In this document: piece by piece, positions 1 to 14,300 of the stretch
Layout of the letters: every line of letters begins with the position of its first letter
Numbering within the stretch: position 1 is the first letter of the stretch
Assembly (NCBI GenBank): GCA_964016885.1
Contig: OZ024744.1
Coordinates: 20,150,001-20,214,000 of the forward strand
Length of the DNA stretch: 64,000 nt
Source: Eledone cirrhosa
Lineage: Eukaryota
Direction of reading: 5' to 3'
Notes under the pieces: model-generated
The model's database searches: none
What the model saw: only the letters and a program-made list of their open reading frames with translations
Told to the model about the DNA's origin: nothing
Position numbers and translations under genes: made by a program

Positions 1-346
1 TACTACACGAGAATGCTGAGGATGGCTCTGAACATTAATCAGTATACACTGAGGATGAACAAATCAGAGCTGTATGGGAGCCCCCCAAAAGTCAGCTCAA
101 AAGTGACACAGAGGAGACTGAGGTTAGCTGGACATGCTGACCGACATCCAGAGTTTACATTGAACTCAGTGCTCCTCTGGGAGCCCCTACATGGGCACAC
201 TGGAAGAGGAAGACCACGGTTAACGTATGTTGATGCCCTAAGGACAGACACTGGTCTGTTAGAGACGCAGGACATGGCAGCGATAATGAGGGACAGAGAC
301 CGCTGGAGAGAGCTCACCATGGATCTCAGGAATTTTATCCGCCCCT
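1..346 (+). mobile_element. RTE-clade LINE, 3' end of RT ORF (fragment)
   Basis: The translation RRLRLAGH...LLWEP...GRGRPRLTYVDAL...DRDRWR is the typical C-terminus of RTE ORFs. A near-identical copy lies on the minus strand at 28678-28998. Confidence 0.8.
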
Positions 347-1079
347 AGAATATTGGAATATATTGGAATATATTGTAATACATTGGAATATATTGGAATA
401 CATTGGAATATATTGGAATACAATGGAATACATTGGAATACATTGGAATACATTGGAATACGAATATATTGGAATATATTGGAATACAATGGAATAGATT
501 GGAATACAATGGAATACATTGGAATATATTGGAATATATTGGAATATATTGGAATACATTGGAATATATTGGAATATATTGGAATATATTGGAATACAGT
601 GTAATATATTGGAATACAATGGAATATATTGGAATACATTGGAATATATTGGAAAACATTGGAATATATTGGAATACGATGGAATACATTGGAATATATT
701 GGAAGACATTGGAATATATTGGAATATATTGGAATATATTGGAATATATTGGAATATATTGGAATACAGTGTAATATATTGGAATATATTGGAATATATT
801 GGAATACATTGAAATATATTGGAATACATTGGAATACATTGGAATACATTGGAATACATTGTAATATATTGGAATACAATGGAATATATTGGAATACATT
901 GGAATATATTGGAAAACATTGGAATATATTGGAATACGATGGAATACATTGGAATATATTGGAAGACATTGGAATATATTGGAATATATTGGAATATATT
1001 GGAATATATTGGAATATATTGGAATACAATAGAATACATTGGAATATATTGGAATACAATGGAATACATCGGTATACAT
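347..1079. repeat. 10-bp satellite (GGAATATATT/GGAATACATT)n
   Basis: About 70 direct copies. Rare variants GGAAAACATT (651, 911) and GGAAGACATT (701, 961) recur 260 bp apart. Confidence 0.97.
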
Positions 1080-1230
1080 ATGTAGATTAAAGATTTCATG
1101 TAGAAAATAATATTATCGGCCATTCATGTAAAACAGATAAAACAGAAAGACAAGGAAGAATTTATAAGGGAAGAATTCACTGGCAATAATGACAAAAAAA
1201 TACATATGCTATGAGGAAAAGATTAAGACT

Positions 1231-1488
1231 TTCTCTCTCTCTCTCCCCTATCTCTCTCTACCTCCCGCCTCTCCCTGTCTCTCACACTCTCTCTCCCCTG
1301 TCTCTCTCTCACCCTTTATCCCTCTCTCTCTCCCTCAATCCCTCCCTCCCCCTCTCTCCCCATATTTCCCTATCTCTCTCTTATACTCCCTCTCCACCGT
1401 CTCTCTCACCCTTTCTCCCTCTCTCTCCCGCTCTCTCCCCCTCTCTCCCCTTCTCTCTCTCCTATTTCTCTCTCCCCTCTTTATCTCA
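1231..1488. repeat. CT-rich low-complexity tract
   Basis: Degenerate (CT)n. Confidence 0.9.
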
Positions 1489-1545
1489 ATACCACACGTA
1501 CAAAGATAACCCATATTTTAAATCTATGCAGCACACTCAAATTAC

Positions 1546-1695
1546 AATAATTGGTTCTACTTTAGGCACAAGGCCAGCAATTAACCAGTGCATTACTGGT
1601 ACTTTTATGTTATCGACCCGTAAGGGTGAAAGGCAAAGTTACTAACTCTATGCTGCATAGCTTCCGTCCCTCTACCGATACTGCCAATCCCCTCG
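1546..1695 (-). mobile_element. tRNA-derived SINE, internally deleted copy
   Basis: Reverse complement of the head and tail of the full copy at 39121-39311. Confidence 0.8.
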
Positions 1696-1811
1696 AATTA
1701 CAATAATGCACAGTCCGAAGAATTCTTTGAATGAATATACAAGTAAAGAAAAGAGCAGTTGCCACGAAACGTCTCTTGTTGGCAATTTAGACACGAACTT
1801 GTTGTACTTGG

Positions 1812-1815
1812 CTGT

Positions 1816-1879
<64 letters not shown>

Positions 1880-1885
1880 CTTCTT

Positions 1886-1962
<77 letters not shown>

Positions 1963-2134
1963 GATACTTCTCTTCTTCTGCTTCTTACTCCACCTCAACC
2001 TCCGTTTCCTCCTCTGCCTCTTATTCATCCTCCTCCACCACCACCTCCTCCTCATCCTCCTCCTCCTTATTATTAATATGCTTCTCGCTTCTTCTTCTTC
2101 TTCTTCTTCTTCTTCTTCTTCTTCTAGAGAGAGA

Positions 2135-2230
<96 letters not shown>
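1812..2230. repeat. Compound microsatellite (GTT)n(CTT)n(ATT)n ... (CTT)n(GA)n
   Basis: Directly visible; it accounts for the homopolymeric ORFs at 1672-2528. Confidence 0.97.
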
Positions 2231-2232
<2 letters not shown>

Positions 2233-2326
2233 CAAGTATGTGCTCTGGTGCAGAATTCTTAGGACTTTACGGCACAAATTCTTCCAATGTAAAAAATATC
2301 CTGATCATTGAAAATCTATCAAGATT

Positions 2327-5300
2327 GAAGCTACAATATGTTGCAATCGATCTACCGACTAAAAATAACATTTTCCTATCGATGGAGGCTACAATATGTT
2401 GTAAAATACCCACTATAACATCTTCCAATAGATGGAGGCTACATTATGTTGTCAAATACCAATTACATCTTCCTATACATGGAGGCTACAATATGTTGTC
2501 AAATAATAACTGTAACATCTTCCAATAGATGGAGACTACAATATGTTGTCATATACCAACTATAACATCTTCCAATAGATGGAGCTTACTAAATGTTGTC
2601 AAATACCAACTACAACTTCTAATAGGTGAAGGCTACAATATGTGGTCAAATACCAACTATAATATCTTCCTATATATTGAGGCTGCAATATGTGGTCAAA
2701 TGGCAACAATAACATCTTGCAATAGATGGAGGCTAATACATGTTTTCAAATACCAACTATAAAATCTTCCAATTGATGGAGACTACAATATGTTGTCAAA
2801 TACCAACTACATCTTCCAATAGATGGACGATACAATATTTTGTCGAATAATAATTATAACATCTTCCAATAGATGGAGGCTACAATATGTTGTCAAATAC
2901 CAACTATAACACCTTCCAATAGATGGAGGCTACAATATGTTCTCAAATACCAAATATAACATCTTCCAATAGATGGAGGCTACATTATGTTGTCAAATAC
3001 CAACTATAACATCTTCCAATAGATGGAGGCTACAATATGTTGTCAAATACCAACTACATCTTCCTATAGATGAGGATGCAATATGGTGTCAAATAATAAC
3101 GGTAACATTTACCAATAGATGGTGTTTAAAATATGTTGTCAAATGCCAACTATAACAGCTTCCTATAGATGGAAGCTACAATATGTTGTCAAATACTAAC
3201 TATAACATCTTCCAATAGATGGAGGTTACAAAGTGTTGACAAATACCAACTATAACATCGTCAAATAGATGGAGACTATAATATATTGTCAAATACAAAC
3301 TATAACATCTTCCTATAGATGTAGGTAACAATATGTTTTCAAATACTAACTATAACATATTCCTATAAATGGAGGCTACAATATGTTGTCAAATACCAAC
3401 TATAACATCTTCCAATAGATGTAGTCTACAATATGTTGTCAACTACGAACTATAATATCTTCCTATATATTGAGGCTGCAATATTTTTGTCAAATGCCAA
3501 CAATAACATCTTGCAATAGATGGAGGCTAGTATTTGTTGTCAAATACCAACTACATCTTCCAATAGATGGAGGCTACAATATGTTGTCAAATACCAACTA
3601 TAACATCTTCCAATAAATGGAGTATACTATATGTTGTCTAATACCAACTACAACTTCCAATAAATAGAGGCTAGAATAGGTTGTCAAATACCAACTATAA
3701 TATCCTCCTATATATTGGGGCTGCAATATGTGGTCAATGGCCATCAATAACATCTTCCAATAGATGGAGGCTAATACATCTTGTCAAATAACAACTATAA
3801 CATCTTCCAATAGATGGAGGCTACAACATGTCGTCAAATACCAACTATAACATCTTCCAATAGATAGAAGCTACACGATGTGGTCAAATACCAACTATAA
3901 CATCTTCCAATAGATGTAGCCTACAATATGTTATCAAATACCAACTACATCTTCCAATAGATGGAGGCTACAATATGCTGTCATATACACACTATAACAT
4001 CTTCCAATAGATGGAGTCTACAATATGTTGTCAAATACCAACTATAACATCTTCCTATAGATGGAGGCTATACTATGTTGTCAAATACCGACTACCTCTT
4101 CCTCTGGATGGAGGCTATAGATGGTATTTCACTACACTTTGTAGCCTCGATCCATAGGAAGATGTAATTGGTATTTCACAACATATTGTAGCGTCCATCA
4201 ATTGGAATGTTTTATAGTTTGTATTTGACAACATATTGTAGCCTCCATTTATTGGAAGATGTTATAGTTGGTATTTGACAACATATTGTAGCCTCCATTT
4301 ATTGGAAGATGTTATAGTTTGTATTTGACAACATATTGTAGCCTCCATTTATTGGAAGATGTTATAGTTGGTATTTGACAACATATTGTAGCCTCCATTT
4401 ATTGGAAGATGTAGTTGGTATTTGACAACACATTGTAACCTACATCTATAGGAAAATGTTATAGTTGATATTTGACAACATATTGAACTTTCCATACATT
4501 AGAAGATGTTATAGTTGGTCTTTGACAACATAATATAGCCTCCATCCAGAGGAAGATGTAGTCGGTATTTGACAACATAATGTAGCCTCCATCTATTGGA
4601 AGATGTTATAGTTGGTATTTAAAAATATATTGTAACCTCCATCTATTGGAAGATGTTATAGTTAGTATTTGACAACATATTGCAGCCTCCATCCAGATGG
4701 AAATTACAATATGTTGTCAAATACCAACTATAACATCTTCTAATAAATGGAGGCTACAATATGTAGTCAAATACCAACTACATCTTCCTATGGATCGATG
4801 CTACAATATGTGGTCAAATACCAACTATAACATCTACCAATTTATGAAAACAACAAAATGTTGTCAAATACCAACTATAACATCTTCCAATAGATGGAGG
4901 CTACAATATGTGGTCAGATACCAACTATAACATCTTCCAATAGATGGATGTTATAAGATATTGTCAAATACCAACTATAATACATTCCAATTGATGGATG
5001 CTACAATATGTTGTCAAATACCAACTACATCTTCCAATAGATGGAGGCTACAATATGTTGTCAAATACCAACTATAACATCTTCTAATAAATGGAGGCTA
5101 CAATATGTAGTCAAATACAAACTATAACATCCTTCTATAGATGAAGGCTACGATATGTTGTCAAGTACCAACTACATCTTCCTATGGATCGATGCTACAA
5201 TATGTGGTCAAATACCAACTATAACATCTACCAATTTATGAAAACTACAAAATGGTGTCAAATACCAACTACATCTTCCAATAGATGGAGGCTACAATAT

Positions 5301-8300
5301 GTCGTCAAATACAAACTATAACATCCTTCTATAGATGAAGGCTACGATATGTTGTCAAATAACAACCATTACTTCTTCCAATAGATGGAGGCTACAATAT
5401 GTTGTCAAATACTAACTATAACATCTTCCAATATAGACTACAATATGTTGTCAAATACCAACTACATCTTCCTATAGATGAGGATACAATATGTGATCAA
5501 ATGTTAACTGTAACATCTTCCAATAGATGGTGCCTACAATATGTTGTCAAATACACACTATAAGTTCTTCTTATAGATGGAAGCTACAATCTGTTGTCAA
5601 ATACCAATTACATCTTCCTATGGATGGAGGCTACAATATGTGGTGAAATACCAACTATAACATCTTCCAATAAATGGAGCCTACGATATGTTATCAAATA
5701 CCAACTATAACAGCTTCCTATAGATGGAAGCTACAATATGTTGTCAAATACTAACTATAACATCTTCCAATAGATGGAGGTTACAAAGTGTTGACAAATA
5801 CCAACTATAACATCGTCAAATAGATGGAGACTATAATATATTGTCAAATACAAACTATAACATCTTCCTATAGATGTAGGTAACAATATGTTTTCAAATA
5901 CTAACTATAACATATTCCTATAAATGGAGGCTACAATATGTTGTCAAATACCAACTATAACATCTTCCAATAGATGTAGTCTACAATATGTTGTCAACTA
6001 CGAACTATAATATCTTCCTATATATTGAGGCTGCAATATTTTTGTCAAATGCCAACAATAACATCTTGCAATAGATGGAGGCTAGTATTTGTTGTCAAAT
6101 ACCAACTACATCTTCCAATAGATGGAGGCTACAATATGTTGTCAAATACCAACTATAACATCTTCCAATAAATGGAGTATACTATATGTTGTCTAATACC
6201 AACTACAACTTCCAATAAATAGAGGCTAGAATAGGTTGTCAAATACCAACTATAATATCCTCCTATATATTGGGGCTGCAATATGTGGTCAATGGCCATC
6301 AATAACATCTTCCAATAGATGGAGGCTAATACATCTTGTCAAATAACAACTATAACATCTTCCAATAGATGGAGGCTACAACATGTCGTCAAATACCAAC
6401 TATAACATCTTCCAATAGATAGAAGCTACACGATGTGGTCAAATACCAACTATAACATCTTCCAATAGATGTAGCCTACAATATGTTATCAAATACCAAC
6501 TACATCTTCCAATAGATGGAGGCTACAATATGCTGTCATATACACACTATAACATCTTCCAATAGATGGAGTCTACAATATGTTGTCAAATACCAACTAT
6601 AACATCTTCCTATAGATGGAGGCTATACTATGTTGTCAAATACCGACTACCTCTTCCTCTGGATGGAGGCTATAGATGGTATTTCACTACACTTTGTAGC
6701 CTCGATCCATAGGAAGATGTAATTGGTATTTCACAACATATTGTAGCGTCCATCAATTGGAATGTTTTATAGTTTGTATTTGACAACATATTGTAGCCTC
6801 CATTTATTGGAAGATGTTATAGTTGGTATTTGACAACATATTGTAGCCTCCATTTATTGGAAGATGTTATAGTTTGTATTTGACAACATATTGTAGCCTC
6901 CATTTATTGGAAGATGTTATAGTTGGTATTTGACAACATATTGTAGCCTCCATTTATTGGAAGATGTAGTTGGTATTTGACAACACATTGTAACCTACAT
7001 CTATAGGAAAATGTTATAGTTGATATTTGACAACATATTGAACTTTCCATACATTAGAAGATGTTATAGTTGGTCTTTGACAACATAATATAGCCTCCAT
7101 CCAGAGGAAGATGTAGTCGGTATTTGACAACATAATGTAGCCTCCATCTATTGGAAGATGTTATAGTTGGTATTTAAAAATATATTGTAACCTCCATCTA
7201 TTGGAAGATGTTATAGTTAGTATTTGACAACATATTGCAGCCTCCATCCAGATGGAAATTACAATATGTTGTCAAATACCAACTATAACATCTTCTAATA
7301 AATGGAGGCTACAATATGTAGTCAAATACCAACTACATCTTCCTATGGATCGATGCTACAATATGTGGTCAAATACCAACTATAACATCTACCAATTTAT
7401 GAAAACAACAAAATGTTGTCAAATACCAACTATAACATCTTCCAATAGATGGAGGCTACAATATGTGGTCAGATACCAACTATAACATCTTCCAATAGAT
7501 GGATGTTATAAGATATTGTCAAATACCAACTATAATACATTCCAATTGATGGATGCTACAATATGTTGTCAAATACCAACTACATCTTCCAATAGATGGA
7601 GGCTACAATATGTTGTCAAATACCAACTATAACATCTTCTAATAAATGGAGGCTACAATATGTAGTCAAATACAAACTATAACATCCTTCTATAGATGAA
7701 GGCTACGATATGTTGTCAAGTACCAACTACATCTTCCTATGGATCGATGCTACAATATGTGGTCAAATACCAACTATAACATCTTCTAATAAATGGAGGC
7801 TACAATATGTAGTCAAATACAAACTATAACATCCTTCTATAGATGAAGGCTACGATATGTTGTCAAGTACCAACTACATCTTCCTATGGATCGATGCTAC
7901 AATATGTGGTCAAATACCAACTATAACATCTACCAATTTATGAAAACTACAAAATGGTGTCAAATACCAACTACATCTTCCAATAGATGGAGGCTACAAT
8001 ATGTCGTCAAATACAAACTATAACATCCTTCTATAGATGAAGGCTACGATATGTTGTCAAATAACAACCATTACTTCTTCCAATAGATGGAGGCTACAAT
8101 ATGTTGTCAAATACTAACTATAACATCTTCCAATATAGACTACAATATGTTGTCAAATACCAACTACATCTTCCTATAGATGAGGATACAATATGTGATC
8201 AAATGTTAACTGTAACATCTTCCAATAGATGGTGCCTACAATATGTTGTCAAATACACACTATAAGTTCTTCTTATAGATGGAAGCTACAATCTGTTGTC

Positions 8301-11300
8301 AAATACCAATTACATCTTCCTATGGATGGAGGCTACAATATGTGGTGAAATACCAACTATAACATCTTCCAATAAATGGAGCCTACGATATGTTATCAAA
8401 TACCAACTATAACATCTTCCAATAGATGGAGGCTAAAACAAGTCGTCAAATACCAACTGTAACATCTTCCAATTTATGGAAACTTCAATATGTTGTCAAA
8501 TATCAACTATAACATCTTCCAATAGATGGAGGCTACAATATGTCATCAAATACTAACTACATCTTCCAATAGATGGAGGCTACAATATGTTGTCAAATAC
8601 TAACTACATCTTCCAATAGATGGAGGCTACAATATGTTGTCAAATACCAACTATAAGATCTTCCTATAAATGGAAGCTACAATTTGTTGTCAAATACCAA
8701 TTACATCTTCCTATGGATGGAGGCTACAATATGTGGTGAAATACCAACTATAACATCTTCCAATTTATGGAAACTACAATATGTTTTCAAATATCAACTA
8801 TAACATTTTTCAATACATGGAGGCTACAATATGTTGTCAAATACCAACAATAACATCTTCCAATAGATGGAGGCTGAAATACGTTGTCAAATACTAACTA
8901 TAACATCTTCCAATAGATGGAGGCTACAATATGTGGTCAAATACAAACTATAACATCTTCCAAGAGATGTAGCCTACAATATGTTATCAATACTAACTAC
9001 ACCTTCCAATAGATGGAGGCTACAATATGTGGTCAAATACCAACTATAACATCTTCTAATAAATGGAGGCATCAAAATGTTGTCAAATACAAACTATAAA
9101 ACCTCCCAATTGATGGAAGCTACAATATGTTGTTAAACACCAACGACATCTTCCTATTGATGGTGGCTAGAATGTGTTGTCAAATACAAACTATAACATC
9201 TTCCAATAGATGTAGGCTACAACATGACGTCAAACACCAAATATAACATCTACCAATAGATGTCGGCTACAATATGTTGTCAAATACCAACTACATCTTC
9301 TAATAGATGGAGGCTACAATATGTTATCAAATACAAACTATAACATATTCCTATAGATGGAGTCTACGATATGATGTCAAATAACAACCATTACATCTTC
9401 CAATAGATGGAGGCTACAATACGTGGTCAAATACAAACTATAACATCTTCCAATAGATGTAGTCAACAATATGTTGTCAAATACCAACTACATCGTCCAA
9501 TAGATGGAGGCTACAATATGTTGTCAAATACTAAGTGTAACATCTTCCTATAGATGGAAGCTACGATATGTTGTCAAATACGAACTATAACATTTTCCAA
9601 TTAATGGAAAATTCAATATGTTGTCAAGTATCAACTATAACATATTCCAATAAATGGATGCTACAATATGTCATCAAATACTAACTACATCTTCGAATAG
9701 ATGGAGGCTACAATATGTTGTCAAATACCAACTATAAAATCTTCCTATAGATGGAAGCTACAATTTGTTGTCAAATACCAATTACATCTTCCTATGGATG
9801 GAGGCTACAATATGTGCTGAAATACCAATTATAACATCTTCCAATTTATGGAAACTACAATATGTTTTCAAATATCAACTATAACATTTTCCAATAGATG
9901 TAGGCTACCATATGTTGTCAAATACTAACTATAACATCTTCCAATAGATGGAGGCTACAATACGTGGTCAAATACAAACTATAACATCTTCCAAGAGATG
10001 TAGTCTACAATATGTTATCAAATACTTACTACATGTTCCAATAGATGGAGGCTACAATATGTTGTCAAATACTAACTGTAACATCTTCCAATAGATGGAA
10101 GCTATACTATGTTGTCAAATACCAACTATAACATCTTCTAATAATTGGAGGCTACAATATGTTGTCAAATACAAACTATACCATCTTCCAATGGATGGAG
10201 GCTACATCATGTCGTGAAATACTAACTATAACATCTTCCAATAGATGGAAGCTACAATATGCGGTCAAATACCAACTATAACATCTTCCAATAGATGGAG
10301 GCTACAATATGTTGTCAAATACTAACTGTAACATCTTCCAATAGATGGAAGCTATGCTATGTTGTCAAATACCAACTATAACATCTTCCAATAATTGGAG
10401 GCTACAGTATGTTGTCAAATAAAAACATTAACATCTTCCAATGGACGGAGGCTACATCATGTCGTGAAATACTAAATATAACATCTTCCAATAGATGGAA
10501 GCTGCAATATGTGGTCAAATACCAACTATAACATCTTCCAATAGATGGAGGCTACAATGTGTTGTCAAATACCAACTATAACATCTTCCAATAGATGGAA
10601 CCTACTATATGTTGTGAAATACCAACTACAACTTCCAATAGATGTAGGCTACAACATGTCGTCAAATACTAACTATAACATCTTCCAATAGATGGAGGCT
10701 TCAATGCGTGGTCAAATACAAACTATAACATCTTGCAAGAGTTGTAGTCTACAATATGTTATCAAATACTAACTACATCTTCCAATATATGGAGGCTTCA
10801 ATATGTTGTCAAATACTAACTGTAATATCTTCCAATAGATGGAGGATACTATATGTTGTCAAATACAATTTACATCTTCCAATAGATGGAGGCTACAATA
10901 TTTTATCAAATACAAACTACATCTTCCTATAGATGGTGGCTAGAATATGTTTTCAAATGCAAACTATAACATATTCCAATAGATGGAGGCTACATCATCT
11001 CGTCAAATACTAACTATAACACATTCCAATTGATGAAGCCAACAATATGTTGTCAAATACCAACTACATCTTCCAATAGATGGAGGCTACACTATATTGT
11101 CAAATACCAACTATAACATCTTCCAATATATGGAGCCTACTATATGTTGTCAAATACCAACTACAACTTCCAATAGATGGAGGCTACAATATCTTGTCAA
11201 ATACGAACTATAATATTTTCCAATAAATGGAGGTTGAAATATGTTGTCAAATACTAACTATAACATCTTCCAATTTATGGAAGTTACAATATGTTGTCAA

Positions 11301-14300
11301 ATACCAACTATAACATTTTCTATTAAATGGAGGCTACAATATGTAGTCAAATACCAACTACATATTCCTATGGATCGATGCTAGAATATGTGGTCAAATA
11401 CCAACTATAACATCTACCAATTTATGAAAACAACAAAATGTTGTCAAATACCAACTATAACATCTTCCAATAGATGGAAGCTACAATCTGTTGTCAAATA
11501 CAAACTATAACATCCTTCTATAGATGAAGGCTACGATATGTTGTCAAGTACCAACTACATCTTCCTATGGATCGATGCTACAATATGTGGTCAAATACCA
11601 ACTATAACATCTACCTATTTATGAAAACTACAAAATGGTGTCAAATACCAACTACATCTTCCAATAGATGGAGGCTACAATATGTAGTCAAATACAAACT
11701 ATAACATCCTTCTATAGATAAAGGCTACGATATGTTGTCAAATAACAACCATTACTTCTTCCAATAGATGGAGGCTACAATATGCTGTCAAATACTAACT
11801 ATAACATCTTCCAATATATGTAGACTACAATATGTTGTCAAATACCAACTACATCTTCCTATAGATGAGGATACAATATGTGGTCAAATATTAACTGTAA
11901 CATCTTCCAATAGATGGTGCCTACAATATGTTGTCAAATACAAACTATAAGTTCTATATGTTATCAAATACCAACTATAACATCTTCCAATAGATGGAGG
12001 CTACAATGTGTTGTCAAATACTAACTATAACATCTTCCAATAGATGGAGGCTACAATATGTGGTAAAATACCAACTATAACATGTTCCAATAGATGTAGC
12101 TAACAATATGTTATCAAATACTAACTACACCTTCCAATAGATGGAGGCTACAATATGTGGTCAAATGACAACTATAACATCTTCTAATAAATGGAGGCAT
12201 CAATATGTTGTCAAATACAAACTATAAAACCTCCCAATTGTTGGAAGCTACAATATGTTGTCAAATACCAACTATAAAACCTTCCAATTGATGGAGGCAT
12301 CAATATGTTGTTAAATAACAACGACATCTTCCTATTGATGGTGGCTAGAATGTGTTGTCAAATACAAACTATAACATCTTCCAATAGATGTACGCCACAA
12401 CATGTCTTCAAACACCAAATATAACATCTACCAATAGATCTCGGCTACAATATGTTGTAAAAAATACCCACTACGTATTCTAATAGATGGAGGCTACAAT
12501 ATGTTATCAAATACAAACTATAACATACTCCTATAGATGGAGTCTACGATATGATGTCAAATAACAACCATTACATCTTCCAATAAATGGAGGCTACAAT
12601 ACGTGGTCAAATACTAAACTATAACATCTTCCAATAGATGTAGGCCACAACATGTCTTCAAACACCAAATATAACATCTACCAATAGATGTCGGCTACAA
12701 TATGTTGTCAAATACCAACTACGTATTCTAATAGATGGAGGTTACAATATGTTATCAAATACAAACTATAACATATTCCTATAGATGGAGTCTACGATAT
12801 GATGTAAATTACAACCATTACATCGTCCAATAGATGGAGGCTACAATATATTGTCAAATACTAACTGTAACATCTTCCAATAAATGGAGGCTACAATATG
12901 TTGTCAAATACCAACTATAACATCTTCTAATAAATGGAGGCTACAATATGTTGTCAAATGCAAACTATAACATCTTCCAATAGATGGAGGCTACAAAATG
13001 TTGTGAAATACCAACTATTTGTTCCAATAGATGGAGGCTACATTACGTTGTCAAATACCAACTACATCTTCCTATGGATGGATGCTACAGCATGTCATCA
13101 AATACCAACTATAACATCTTCCAATAGATGGAGGCTACAAAATGTTGTCAAATACCAAGTATAACATCTTCCAATAGATGGAGGCTACAATATGTGGTCA
13201 GATACCAACTATAACATCTTCCAATAGATGGATGTTATAATATATTGTCAAATACCAACTATAATACATTCCAATTGATGGATGCTACAATATGTTGTCA
13301 AATACCAACTACATCTTCCAATAGATGGAGGCTACAATATGTTGTCAAATACCAACTATAACATCTTCTAATAAATGGAGGCTACAATATGTTATCAAAT
13401 ACCAAATACTTCTTCCTATAGATGGAGGATATAATATGTAGTCAAATACTAACTATAACATCTTCCACTAGATGGAAGCTACAATCTGTTGTCAAATACA
13501 AACTATAACATCCTTCTATAGATGAAGGCTACGATATGTTGTCAAATACCAACTACATCTTCCTATGGATCGATGCTACAATATGTGGTCAAATACCAAC
13601 TATAACATCTACCAATTTATGAAAACTACCAAATGTTGTCAAATACCAATTACATCTTCCAATAGATGGAGGCTACAATATGTAGTCAAATACAAACTAT
13701 AACATCCTTCTATATATGAAGGCTACGATATGTTGTCAAATACCAACTACATCTTCCTATGGATCGATGCTACAATATGTGGTCAAAAACCAACTATAAC
13801 ATCTACCAATTTATGAAAACTACAAAATGGTGTCAAATACAAACTACATCTTCCAATAGATGGAGGCTACAATATGTAGTCAAATACAAACTATAACATC
13901 CTTCTATAGATGAAGGCTACGATATGTTGTCAAATAACAACCATTACTTCTTCCAATAAATGGAGGCTACAATATGTTGTCAAATACCAACTACATCTTC
14001 CTATAGATGAGGATACAATATTTGGTCAAATATTAACTGTAACATCTTCCAATAGATGGTGCCTACAATATGTTGTCAAATACAAACTATAAGCTAGAAT
14101 GTCTTGTCAAATACAAACTATAACATCTTCCAATAGATGTAGGCTACAACATGTCGTCAAACACCAAATATAACATCTACCAATAGATGTCGGCTACAAT
14201 ATGTTGTCAAATACAAACTATACGTTCTTCCTATAGATGGAAGCTACAATCTGTTGTCAAATACCAATTACATCTTCCTATGGCTGGAGGCTACGATATG

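Noticed and set aside
259-1123. Long ORFs with YSNIFQ / WNILEY repeats
   Set aside because: They are translations of the 10-bp satellite, open on both strands only because the unit lacks stops.
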